The notes under the pieces were generated by a model. That model ran no database searches, was not told where the DNA came from, and worked only from the letters and a program-made list of their open reading frames with translations. Shown in pieces: positions 35,603-44,815 of a DNA stretch of 64,000 bases. Source of the DNA: Candidatus Aldehydirespirator sp. (GTDB taxonomy: Bacteria; Actinomycetota; Acidimicrobiia; Acidimicrobiales; Aldehydirespiratoraceae); contig OZ244866.1 of NCBI GenBank assembly GCA_965221185.1, forward strand, positions 1,289,992 to 1,353,991, in the 5' to 3' direction. Positions within the stretch are counted from its first letter, which is position 1; each line of letters opens with the position of its first letter. The position numbers and the translations under genes are program-made.

Positions 35603-36862
35603 GTGGTGCTCGAACCTCTGGGGAGCGTTCGGGCGGCTCGACATCGGTTTCGGTACACCGGGGGAGGTGCGGTCGGGGTGAAGACAGCCACGACGACAGT
35701 CGGGTTGATCGCCAATCCTGCCTCGGCACGCGATATCCGCCGCCTCGTCGCCCACGGAGGCGCGGTGACCACCCACGACAAGCTGAACCGGCTCCAGCGA
35801 GTGCTGGCCGGTCTCGCCGCTACCGGTGTGGAACGGGTCATCTCGATGGCCGACCAGGCTGGCATCATGGACGGCCTCGGTCGTCTCGCCGAACGGGCAT
35901 CCGCCGGGGGTTGGCCTGCGCTGGAGTTCGTCGACCAGGACATCGCCCAGACCAGTGCCGATACCACCGCCGCCACGAGAGCCATCGTCGACGCGGGAGT
36001 CGGCTCGATCGTCGTCCTCGGGGGCGACGGAACCAACCGGGTCGTGGCGGCCGCATCGGCGGACGTCCCGCTGGTCTCGATCTCGACCGGAACCAACAAC
36101 GCCTTCCCGCGACCTGTGGAACCGACCGTCGCCGGGCTGGCGGCGGGGCTCGTCGCCACCAACCCGCACAGCCGTCAGGCTGGCACCTACCGAGCGAAGA
36201 AGCTCATCGTCCACTGCGGCGATCGTGTCGAAGAAGCCCTGGTCGACGTCGCCATCACCGACACCGACGGTGTCGGCGCCGGTGCGCTGTGGGATGCGAC
36301 GTCGATCTCGGAGCTGTTCGTGTGTTTCGCTGAGCCCGACGCCATCGGACTGTCGGCGATCGGCGGCCACGTGCAACCGACACCGCGCCGTTCCGCGACG
36401 GGGTTGGCGCTCGTCCTCGGAGAGCCGGTCGCCACCATCGTGCGAGCACCGATCGCGCCGGGACTCGTCGAGCCCGTCGGCGTCAGCTCTGTCTCAGTTC
36501 TCGAGCCCGACTCGACCGTCGTCGCGCGGGCCGCTGGCGGTGTCGTCGCCATCGATGGTGAACGCATGTTCCGCTTCGGACCGGCCAATCGTCCGGCGAT
36601 CACGCTGCGTGCGGACGGCCCCGTCGTCGTCGATGTGACCACAACCCTCGAACACGCCGCCACCCACGGTTACCTGGCGGCAGCTGGCGTCGTCGGCCGC
36701 GGAATTCGCCCCGGTGACGAGGCGCCCCCGACGCCCGAAGGCGCAACCAAGCCGAACCCAAGGAGGTATCAACGTGAAAACACTGAACCGACTCGACCTC
36801 TACACCGAGATGGTCCGCGTCAGGCAATACGAGTCCCGAATCCTGCAGGAGTACCACGCTGA
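35603..36862 (+). CDS. ATP-NAD kinase-like protein (AcoX-like)
   Basis: VGLIANPASARDIRRLV...IVVLGGDGTNRVVAAA...VSISTGTNNAFP is the diacylglycerol/NAD-kinase fold GGDGT motif. The start is uncertain (GTG near 35678 is possible). The last ~30 codons overlap the next gene and look non-native. Confidence 0.6.
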   Translation: MVLEPLGSVRAARHRFRYTGGGAVGVKTATTTVGLIANPASARDIRRLVAHGGAVTTHDKLNRLQRVLAGLAATGVERVISMADQAGIMDGLGRLAERASAGGWPALEFVDQDIAQTSADTTAATRAIVDAGVGSIVVLGGDGTNRVVAAASADVPLVSISTGTNNAFPRPVEPTVAGLAAGLVATNPHSRQAGTYRAKKLIVHCGDRVEEALVDVAITDTDGVGAGALWDATSISELFVCFAEPDAIGLSAIGGHVQPTPRRSATGLALVLGEPVATIVRAPIAPGLVEPVGVSSVSVLEPDSTVVARAAGGVVAIDGERMFRFGPANRPAITLRADGPVVVDVTTTLEHAATHGYLAAAGVVGRGIRPGDEAPPTPEGATKPNPRRYQRENTEPTRPLHRDGPRQAIRVPNPAGVPR

Positions 36863-37751
36863 CAAGGCGCCGGCCTGGGACATCGGGGCCGGTCTGATCC
36901 CGGGGGAAATGCATCTCTCGGCTGGCCAGGAACCGGCCGCCGTCGGCGTTTGCGCTCACTTGAAGAAGGGGGACGCCATCACCGCGCCGCACCGGCCTCA
37001 CCACTTCGCGCTGGCTCACGGCGTCGACATGAATGCCATGACGGCTGAGATCTACGGCCGCACCACCGGCCTGTGCAAGGGCAAGGGCGGTCACATGCAC
37101 CTGTTTGATCCGGAGAACCACTTCTCCTGCTCAGGGATCATCGCCCAGGGCTACCCCGTGGCCTGTGGCCAAGCGCTCGCCATGAAGCGAAACGGCACCG
37201 ACAATGTCGCCGTCGCCGTCGCCGGCGAAGGGGCGGCCAACCAGGGAGCGTTCCACGAGTCGCTCAACCTTGCTGCGGTTTGGAACCTGCCGGTCATCTT
37301 CGTCATCGAGGACAACGACTGGGCGATCTCGGTTCCCCGCGCCGCGTCGACCGCCATCAACTCCAACGCCGATCGGGCGGCGGGCTATGGCATCCCCGGC
37401 GTGCGGGTCGAGGACAACGATGTCGAAGCAGTCTTCGAGGCCGCCGGTGCCGCCATCGACCGGGCCCGGGCCGGAGAGGGTCCGAGCTTGATCGAGATCC
37501 ACACCCTGCGGCTCTGGGGGCACTTCGAGGGCGACGCGCAGGCCTACCGAGGAGCCGATCTCGACACCGTCGACGAACGCGACCCCATTCCCCGCTACGC
37601 CGCCGCACTCGTCGAGTCGGGCGACCTGGCCGAGGCGCAGATCGACGACATCAAAGGAGCCGCCGACGCCGACGCCGACGCCGCGATCCAATTCGCGGTC
37701 GCCAGCCCCATTCCCGCCCCCGAAGACGCCCTGCTGCACGTCTTCGCCTGA
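36774..37751 (+). CDS. acoA: thiamine-diphosphate-dependent dehydrogenase E1 alpha subunit (acetoin/pyruvate dehydrogenase type)
   Basis: The GTG start has AGGAGG 7 nt upstream. The TPP-binding motif is GEGAANQGAFHESLNLAAVWNLPVIFVIEDN. It is followed by the E1 beta gene. The symbol is tentative. Confidence 0.8.
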   Translation: MKTLNRLDLYTEMVRVRQYESRILQEYHADKAPAWDIGAGLIPGEMHLSAGQEPAAVGVCAHLKKGDAITAPHRPHHFALAHGVDMNAMTAEIYGRTTGLCKGKGGHMHLFDPENHFSCSGIIAQGYPVACGQALAMKRNGTDNVAVAVAGEGAANQGAFHESLNLAAVWNLPVIFVIEDNDWAISVPRAASTAINSNADRAAGYGIPGVRVEDNDVEAVFEAAGAAIDRARAGEGPSLIEIHTLRLWGHFEGDAQAYRGADLDTVDERDPIPRYAAALVESGDLAEAQIDDIKGAADADADAAIQFAVASPIPAPEDALLHVFA

Positions 37752-37779
37752 GCAACCAGACCGACAGGAGAACAACGCA

Positions 37780-38802
37780 ATGACCACGACTGAGACACCC
37801 ACCCGCCGGATCACCACGGCCAAGGCAATGGCGGAAGCCATCGGTCTCGAGATGCGTGCCGACCCCGACGTGTTCGTCATGGGCGAAGACGTCGGCGCCT
37901 ATGGCGGGATCTTCGGATCCACCACCGACCTGTTCGGCGAATTCGGACCCGAGCGGGTGATGGACACCCCGATCTCGGAGACCGGCTTCATCGGTGCCGG
38001 CATCGGCGCCGCAGTGGAAGGGCTCCGCCCCGTCGTCGAGCTCATGTTCGTCGACTTCTACGGCGTCTGCATGGACCAGATCAGCAACCACATGGCGAAG
38101 ATCCACTACGAGTCCGGTGGCGCAGTGAACGTGCCGATGGTGCTCATGTCCGCCACGGGCGCCGGCTACTCCGACGCCGCGCAACACTCCCAGTGCCTCT
38201 GGGGGATGTTCGCCCATCTCCCGGGGATGAAGGTGGTCGTGCCTTCCAATCCCTACGACGCCAAGGGTCTGATGACCTCGGCCATCCGCGACGACAACCC
38301 GGTCGTCTACCTCTTCCACAAGGGCGCTCAGGGCCTGGTGTGGATGGAGAAGAACCCGCGCTCGGTCGCCCACGTCCCCGAAGAAGCGTTCACCGTCCCG
38401 ATCGGTGAGGCCGCCATCGCACGCGAAGGCAGCGATGTCACCCTCGTCACGATCTCGCTGTCGGTGCAGCACAGCCTCGACGTTGCCGAGGAGCTCGAAG
38501 GCGAGGGCATCAGCCTGGAGGTCGTCGATCTGCGAAGCCTCGTACCTCTCGATCGCCAGACCGTGTTGGAATCGGTGGCGAAGACCGGCAAGTTGCTAGT
38601 CGTCGACGAGGACTACAAGAGCTTCGGGCTTACGGGCGAGATCGCAGCCATCGTGGCCGAGACCGACCCGACGATGCTGACCAAGCCGGTGTCCCGTCTT
38701 GCCGTGCCCGATGTCCCCATTCCGTATGCTCGCTCGCTCGAGTACGGGATCCTGCCCACGCGCGAAAGGATCGCCGCTGCGGTCAAGGACCTGATGTCGT
38801 GA
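37780..38802 (+). CDS. acoB: E1 beta subunit (transketolase-like pyrimidine-binding and C-terminal domains)
   Basis: AMAEAIGLEMRADPDVFVMGEDVGAYGGIFG...RVMDTPISETGFIGAGIGAA...DLRSLVPLD is the typical E1-beta signature. The symbol is tentative. Confidence 0.85.
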   Translation: MTTTETPTRRITTAKAMAEAIGLEMRADPDVFVMGEDVGAYGGIFGSTTDLFGEFGPERVMDTPISETGFIGAGIGAAVEGLRPVVELMFVDFYGVCMDQISNHMAKIHYESGGAVNVPMVLMSATGAGYSDAAQHSQCLWGMFAHLPGMKVVVPSNPYDAKGLMTSAIRDDNPVVYLFHKGAQGLVWMEKNPRSVAHVPEEAFTVPIGEAAIAREGSDVTLVTISLSVQHSLDVAEELEGEGISLEVVDLRSLVPLDRQTVLESVAKTGKLLVVDEDYKSFGLTGEIAAIVAETDPTMLTKPVSRLAVPDVPIPYARSLEYGILPTRERIAAAVKDLMS

Positions 38803-39038
38803 TCACCGAGGTCCCGTTCCCGATCATGTCGGAACAGGACCCCACCGCCGAAGGCGTCGTCGGAACCTGGTTCGTCAACCATGGCGAGCAGGTGGTCGCC
38901 GGCCAGGTCATCGCCGAAGTCCAGGTCGACAAAGCATCCCAAGACGTCGAAGCCCCGGTAGCGGGCGTCATGTACCAGTTCGTACCCGAGGGTGTCCCCA
39001 TTACCCAAGGCGACTCGCTGGCCCGCATCGACTCCTGA
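38799..39038 (+). CDS. stand-alone lipoyl/biotinyl-attachment domain protein (79 aa)
   Basis: GTG overlaps the E1-beta stop (GTGA). The lipoyl-lysine context is VIAEVQVDKASQDVEAPVAGV. No E2 catalytic domain follows. Confidence 0.7.
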   Translation: MITEVPFPIMSEQDPTAEGVVGTWFVNHGEQVVAGQVIAEVQVDKASQDVEAPVAGVMYQFVPEGVPITQGDSLARIDS

Positions 39039-39057
39039 AGGGGAGGATCCGGCACTT

Positions 39058-39198
39058 CGGATCATCCTCGAGTGGCCCTCCAAAGAGGCCGCGCTCGCGT
39101 TCATGAACGATCCCGCCTATGCGCCCCACCCCAAAGCCCGCCAGGCTGGTTCGATCAGCCACCACGTTCTGATCGACGGCATCGACGACTTCGCCTAA
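39058..39198 (+). pseudogene. DUF1330-like protein, C-terminal half only
   Basis: RIILEWPSKEAALAFMNDPAYAPHPKARQAGSISHHVLIDGIDDFA* matches the second half of ~95-aa DUF1330 proteins. The first half is absent. Confidence 0.5.
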
Positions 39199-39222
39199 CG
39201 GCCAAGAGACATCGCCAGGGGA

Positions 39223-39268
39223 GGAACGCAAGAGTCTCGCCGATCTGGTCGCCACCATCATCGGGGGG
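39223..39268 (+). repeat. 46-bp patch copied from the ERCC4 nuclease gene (33896-33941)
   Basis: ggaacgcaagagtctcgccgatctggtcgccaccatcatcgggggg here compares with ggaacgcaagagtctcgccgacctggtggccaccgtcaccgggggg in the gene (41/46 identical). It encodes ERKSLADLVAT-like residues and abuts the A2M repeat copy directly. Confidence 0.85.
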
Positions 39269-40461
39269 TCCGATCGCTGGGCGGAGATCGAGACGGCCGC
39301 GCCGCCCTCGCCCTTTGGGAACGCCGGGGCACGGATCTGGAGTCGGATGCCCTCGCCTGGATTTGGCCGGTAGTCGACGACGACGCCGTCGAAGCCAGTA
39401 TCGAGCGGGTCCTTAACAACCGGGTAGTGGAGACCGCTGGGGCAGCCGCATTCGTCACGGACTACGGCGAAGACGCCTATCTGCTGCTGCATTCCAGCCG
39501 CCGCACCGACGCCATCGTGCTCGATGCTCTGATCACGATGGCTCCCGAGTCGGATCTCGTTGCCAAGGTCGTGGCTGGACTGTTGGCCAACCGGGTCAGG
39601 GGACGCTGGAACAACGTCCAGGAGAACTCGTTCATCCTGCTGGCCCTGAACCGTTACTTCGCCGCCTTCGAGGCGACCGATCCCGACTTTGTCGCCCGGG
39701 TGTGGCTCGGCGACCTCTACGCCGCGCAGCACCAGTTCTCCGGGCGCAGCACCGATCGCGCCCTGACGCTGGTCCCGATGGCGGAGCTGCTGGCAGCGGG
39801 CGACTCCGATCTCATCGTCGAGAAGGACGGAGAGGGCCGCCTCTACTACCGCCTAGGTCTTCGCTACGCCCCCGACGACCTCAACCTGGATCCTCTGGAC
39901 CGAGGCTTCGTGGTGCAGCGCAGCTACGAGGCAGTCGACGATCCCGGCGATGTGTGGCTCGACGACGGCGATGTCTGGCATGTGCTGGCCGGGGCCCAGG
40001 TGCGGGTCAACGTGACCATGGTCAACGACAGCCGACGCACCAACATGGCGCTGGTCGATCCCATGCCCGCAGGCTTCGAGTCGCTCAACCCGGCACTGGC
40101 GGTGACCGGCGAGATCGACGCCCGCCGCGGCGGGGCCACCGATTCATGGTGGTGGTGGACTTGGTACGAGCACCAGAACCTCCGCGACGACCGTGCCGAG
40201 GCCTTCTCGTCGTACCTGCGGGCCGGCACCCACGAATACAGCTACGTCGTCCGGGCCACCACCCCGGGCACCTTCGTCGTGCCCCCAGCCAAAGCCGAAG
40301 AAATCTACGCCCCCGAAGTATTCGGCCGCTCCCGCACCGACACAGTCATCGTGCAAGACCAGCGGTGAGCCTAACCGCCCAGCGCGCAGGCCACCGAGTA
40401 GACGCGTTTGCTGTCGAATCTGTCGTGCTGCTGGGGCGTCAGACTCTCGCAGTCACGCAGG
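39268..40461 (+). pseudogene. 1194-bp direct repeat, copy B: orphan 3' fragment of the A2M gene
   Basis: See copy A. The track ORF 39427..40368 (METAGAAAFVTDYGEDAYLLLHSS...) is identical to the A2M C-terminus apart from DDGV to DGDV. No credible start or RBS is present. Confidence 0.85.
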
Positions 40462-40538
40462 GCCTTCTGATTTGGCCTGCTCAACGTCTGAGTTCCCGCT
40501 GACCCCACCGGCAGTTGAGGTTCAATCGCTCAGGTCCT

Positions 40539-43223
40539 CTATTCTGCGGTGGGTGGAAAGGAGTTGTTTCCCGGTCCCCAGGCCCGGGGTCGGGCGGCTA
40601 CTCCGTTTATGAAGGCTGCTGCTTCGGCGCGGGTGGCGTTGCGGTCGGGGCAGAAGAGATCGGTGTCGCATCCGGCGGCGATTTCCAAGTCGTGTATCCA
40701 GGCCACGCTGTTTGCGTGGTCGCTGTCGGGTGCCACGTCCGTGTAGGGAGCAGTTTGTCCGATGTAGTCGGCTTCTACGTGTCGGTATAGCAGGGTGGCC
40801 AGGTGCCCTCGGGTCACCGGTTGCTGGGGGCAGAAGTTCCAGTCTTGGTCGCCGAGTGTGCCTGGTGTGCATCCTTCGATCACTTCTCCGGAGATGGCCC
40901 ATCCGATCGCTTCGTCCGAGTAGACACCTTGGTGAACATCGGCGAAGGCTTCCGAGCCCAAGTGGGTGGCGGGGGGTTCGCCAGCTGCTCTCCACAGGAA
41001 GGTGACGAATTGTTGGCGGGTTAGGTCCCGGTCCGGGCAGAACTGTCGCACGGCGCAGCCTTTGGTGATGTTGTGATTGGCCATCCAAGTGACTGCGGGC
41101 TCGTACCATGCCTCGGGAGGAACGTCATCGAACAGATGAGAGGCACGCTGCGACTCAGGGGTGCCTCCGACGACAAATGCGTTGTCATCGATCTCATTGT
41201 CAATGGGGCTGTTCCGGCGGATGATATTCGCTAGGGCCGTACCGCGTACCTGGTCCAGAAGCACAGGGTTGGCCAGGAAATAGGGGTCGTTCTCGAACCA
41301 GTAGCGGTCGCCGTCGCGGAGGCGGCGGAACTGGTCGGAGATTATGGCCTGGAGGGTTTCGCCGACCGCCACTCCGAGCACATGGTCTTCTGCCAGGCCA
41401 GCCGGCCAGAGGTCCAAGTTGTCGACGTTTCCGTAAGCGAGTTCCAGAGCCAGCTGAACGCTCGGCTTGGATGATATGTCGGCGAAGCTCTCCACCGGTG
41501 GCAAGCCGTAGGCACTGCGCACGGTGTTGTAATCCCCCACACCGTGATCGCGGGCCCGCTGAATGTTGAGGGCCGCCAGATCGAAGGTGGGTCCGTGCGG
41601 TTCTCGCAGGAGAAGGTTCCGGACTTCGTTGATTACCAACGAGTCAACGTCTTGGGCCTGTTGAGCGGCTAGGCCCCGTAGGACTACGGAGATGCCATGA
41701 TCCGCGACAAACGAAGGATTGAAGAACGCTTGTGCAAGGCTTATCTGGCTGGTCTCTCCATCGGCGCCGAGGAGGAGGAGTTTGGGGGAGAGCAGGGTGT
41801 GGCCGACCCGATAGGCCGCCGCTGAGAACTCGCTTGCGATGGTCGGGTCAACGCTTGGGTCGTAGCCGGAATACGGGCCTATTGCGTCGGGACCCAACAG
41901 CAAGGGCAAGAATTCGTTGAACGTGATCGCTTGTATCTGAGCACCGACGACTTTGCGGGCCAGTTGGTAGATCTCATCGCCGCTCAGCCCAGGATTCAGG
42001 TCGGCTATGATCTCCGCGAGGCGGTTGTGCTCGCGAACGAACAGAGTATGCATGGAGGTGAGTCCGATCTGTTCGTTGACTCGGACATCGCCCGCCACGA
42101 ACAGATTCCGGAGGTTGCTGCCCCCTTCGTTCTCGAGTCCTTGCTCGTTGTAGGGCAAGAATCGTCCCTGGTGTGAGGTCTTGAGCCTTCCCGTATCGTC
42201 GTTGGCGCGAAGAGCGTGGGCTCGGGTCCTCTCTGAGCCATACACCTGTGAGGCATCAATGAACGCGGTGACAACGTTGATCTGCCTGCGAGGGTTGTGT
42301 ATATCTGTCCCAGTGTCAGGGTCGAATGCCGAACGATTGACATGGATGGTGGCTTGGCCGGTCCCGCGAGGATCAAAAACCGGATCCCATCGAGGAACGG
42401 GGACTGGAAACGGCTCATCCAGGTTGTCTGGGCTAAGAGTTATGTCGTGATCTATGAACTGGCCCCACTGCCATGTTATGTCGCTCGCCTGTGAGGAGTT
42501 TGGCACCGATTCGTCCTGGGAGAACACGAGGTTGCTGACGGTGCGCGGGTTTGGTCTCGAGTTCGTAGGTGCTGATACGCCGTCCGTGTAAGAAAGAGGA
42601 GCCTTCCTGAGAAGGCTTGTGCCCGCCATGCCCCATGTGAGATGGTCGAGGTTGTTTGTTCGACCATCTATTGACCGAGGCTCAAGATGCTGAGGAAACT
42701 CATTGAGGCTCATAGAAATCGGCTCGTTGATATTCCAATCAAGATCGACATGGTGCCATATGAAATGCCCATTGTCACCACTTCCGTCCGCAAGATTCAG
42801 CCCTAACCCCTCAACCACTAGCCGCAGACGACTGGACTCATCCGGGAGTTCGGGCACAAAATCAATGCTGACAGTTGTTGACTCCGGGTCCGACTCCGGA
42901 TGGATGAAGAAGATGTCTCTTACTGTGTAGTCCGTCCCTCGCCATGTAAATTCGTTGTCGGTGATCGAGCCATCAAGAGGATCGCCATTCTCCAGGAAGC
43001 CTCCATTGCTTCCTACCGTCATGGATGCTTCCCACACCAGATCGCCTTGGATTGCTAGCCATTCCGTGTGAATCAGGGCGACCGAGTCGTGAATCGCCGC
43101 AGTTGGTGAGGCCGCCGGGGACTCGTCGCCGCTCTGGGCGAGGATGGGTTGGGACAGTATTAGAAATACGACGCTTACCGCAACCGACAGAAATAGAACG
43201 CGTGAATATATGTTGACACGCAA
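40539..43223 (-). CDS. secreted animal-type haem peroxidase with three C-terminal SLH domains
   Basis: The TTG start has AAGGAGG 8 nt upstream. The signal peptide is MRVNIYSRVLFLSVAVSVVFLILSQPILAQS. The distal-His motif is WQWGQFIDHDITL and the proximal-His region is RVNEQIGLTSMHTLFVREHNRLA. SLH-like repeats are FDDVPPEAWYEPAVTWM..., FADVHQGVYSDEAIGWA... and YTDVAPDSDHANSVAWI.... The DNA is visibly lower in GC. Confidence 0.8.
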   Translation of the reverse strand: MRVNIYSRVLFLSVAVSVVFLILSQPILAQSGDESPAASPTAAIHDSVALIHTEWLAIQGDLVWEASMTVGSNGGFLENGDPLDGSITDNEFTWRGTDYTVRDIFFIHPESDPESTTVSIDFVPELPDESSRLRLVVEGLGLNLADGSGDNGHFIWHHVDLDWNINEPISMSLNEFPQHLEPRSIDGRTNNLDHLTWGMAGTSLLRKAPLSYTDGVSAPTNSRPNPRTVSNLVFSQDESVPNSSQASDITWQWGQFIDHDITLSPDNLDEPFPVPVPRWDPVFDPRGTGQATIHVNRSAFDPDTGTDIHNPRRQINVVTAFIDASQVYGSERTRAHALRANDDTGRLKTSHQGRFLPYNEQGLENEGGSNLRNLFVAGDVRVNEQIGLTSMHTLFVREHNRLAEIIADLNPGLSGDEIYQLARKVVGAQIQAITFNEFLPLLLGPDAIGPYSGYDPSVDPTIASEFSAAAYRVGHTLLSPKLLLLGADGETSQISLAQAFFNPSFVADHGISVVLRGLAAQQAQDVDSLVINEVRNLLLREPHGPTFDLAALNIQRARDHGVGDYNTVRSAYGLPPVESFADISSKPSVQLALELAYGNVDNLDLWPAGLAEDHVLGVAVGETLQAIISDQFRRLRDGDRYWFENDPYFLANPVLLDQVRGTALANIIRRNSPIDNEIDDNAFVVGGTPESQRASHLFDDVPPEAWYEPAVTWMANHNITKGCAVRQFCPDRDLTRQQFVTFLWRAAGEPPATHLGSEAFADVHQGVYSDEAIGWAISGEVIEGCTPGTLGDQDWNFCPQQPVTRGHLATLLYRHVEADYIGQTAPYTDVAPDSDHANSVAWIHDLEIAAGCDTDLFCPDRNATRAEAAAFINGVAARPRAWGPGNNSFPPTAE

Positions 43224-43623
43224 CGCTAAACGACCTCCTTGTTTGGGCCATCCCTAGACTGATGGCAACTGGAAAATTAGACCAGACAACATAGCACTTT
43301 GATCGCCCGCTGAGCAAACAGCCAGAGAGATGCCGTGACAGCATCAGGTTATGTAGATTCCTGGTAGTCGAGCGTGTCGACCTTCCGTGACTGCGTGGAG
43401 GGTCGAAGTCGCCGGCTTCAGCCGCGGCCCGGTTGCTGTGCGCCGCGGGCGGGTGGTGGTTCGTGCCGGGTTGGATCTTGGGTGAGTTCGAACTCGTGGC
43501 GGCTGGTGCTAGGCGGTCGTCAAGTGTTCGCGAGTATCCATCCAGAGCGGTGTACACCGGCTAGGACCCGGAGACCCGCACAGGAACGATCTCCGCCCCC
43601 GTCATCGGTTGCGAGAGCGAGGG

Positions 43624-44703
43624 TCAGGTTGCGGTCACCGGTGGGTGGGTGCGCAGGAAGTCCAAGGCTTCGGCGGCGGTGTCGACCACGCCGATCATGG
43701 CCGCGTAGCGGCGGTCGCCTGCGAGCCGGCGCAGCAGTGGGACCGCGGGCAGCGTCTCGGTGAAGTACCTGCGGCCCAGGAAGACCATCGGGCTCACCGC
43801 GCCGAACACCTCGTAGTGATTCTGGGTGGCGTCCAGGAAGACCTCGCCGACGGTTCCGGCCGAACCGGGTGTGAACACCACACCGCGGGTGGCGATGGCG
43901 AGCAGGCCGTCCTCGCGTATCGAGTTGGCGAAGTACTTGGCGATATGGCTGGCGAACTGGTTGGTCGGCTCATGGCCGTAGAACCAGGTGGGAACGGCCA
44001 GTGACTCCCCGCCCTCGCCGAAGGCGTCCAGCACGGCCTGTCCTGCGGCCCGGTAGGGCTCGCTGCGGCGGTAGTCGGGGGCGCGGGCGAGCAGGGCGAT
44101 AGCGGTGTCGGCGGCGTCGTCGGTGTAAGGGGACAGCCACGCACCGAGGTTGGCTGCCTCCATGGCTCCGGGCCCGCCGCCGGTGGTCACGTGCCAACCC
44201 GCCCGGGCCAGTTCCCGTCCCAGCGCCGCTACCGAGCGGTAACCGGCGTCCCAGCGCTCCAGGGTGTGGCCGCCCATCACGGCAACCACCTCGCGAGCCG
44301 CGAGGTGGCCGTGCAGGGCGTCGTCGATGGCGTGGTCGTGCAGGCGCCGGGCCAGGGCGTCCATGACGGGCAGGTGCGACCCCCGCGGATGGCGGCTGGC
44401 CCACCGGTAGATGGCGAGGTCGATCTCAGCAGTCAGCTCCGCCTGGGAGTAGAGCCGAGGCCGGTAGGGGTTGAAGGGCAGGTCTCGCAAGGGTGGAAGC
44501 ACCACCGCGCCGCTCGCGAGCACGTGGCGGAGCGTCTCGTCGCCCATCGCCGCGCCGAGGAAGGCAGCGCCGGCGCAGGCCGCCGCCCGGAGCTCGTCGG
44601 CGCGACCGCGCAGGTCGATCCCCTGCACCACCGCATCGGCGAGGGTGCCGTGGCGGCGCAGGTGGGCGTCGAACTCGGCCAGCGAGTGGATGTGGCGCAT
44701 CAC
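43624..44703 (-). CDS. LOG/TIGR00730-like Rossmann-fold nucleotide-binding protein (long form)
   Basis: TTGGGPGAMEAANLGA and VVFTPGSAGTVGE correspond to the GGGxGxM and PGGxGTxxE motifs. Confidence 0.65.
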   Translation of the reverse strand: MMRHIHSLAEFDAHLRRHGTLADAVVQGIDLRGRADELRAAACAGAAFLGAAMGDETLRHVLASGAVVLPPLRDLPFNPYRPRLYSQAELTAEIDLAIYRWASRHPRGSHLPVMDALARRLHDHAIDDALHGHLAAREVVAVMGGHTLERWDAGYRSVAALGRELARAGWHVTTGGGPGAMEAANLGAWLSPYTDDAADTAIALLARAPDYRRSEPYRAAGQAVLDAFGEGGESLAVPTWFYGHEPTNQFASHIAKYFANSIREDGLLAIATRGVVFTPGSAGTVGEVFLDATQNHYEVFGAVSPMVFLGRRYFTETLPAVPLLRRLAGDRRYAAMIGVVDTAAEALDFLRTHPPVTAT

Positions 44704-44815
44704 GTCAGTACTCGCCGCGGCTCTCCATGATGCCAGCCAACTCGTCGGGGGCTTCTAGCAGGCCGGCCCTGGTGAACTCGGCGCCAGTTCAGAAGCGGAG
44801 TCCTCTCGGGGGTGA

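Noticed and set aside
39427-40368. The 313-aa track ORF as an independent gene
   Set aside because: It is the duplicated C-terminus of the A2M gene. The track start is an internal GTG (VVETAG in the parent) without an RBS, so it is treated as a pseudogene fragment.
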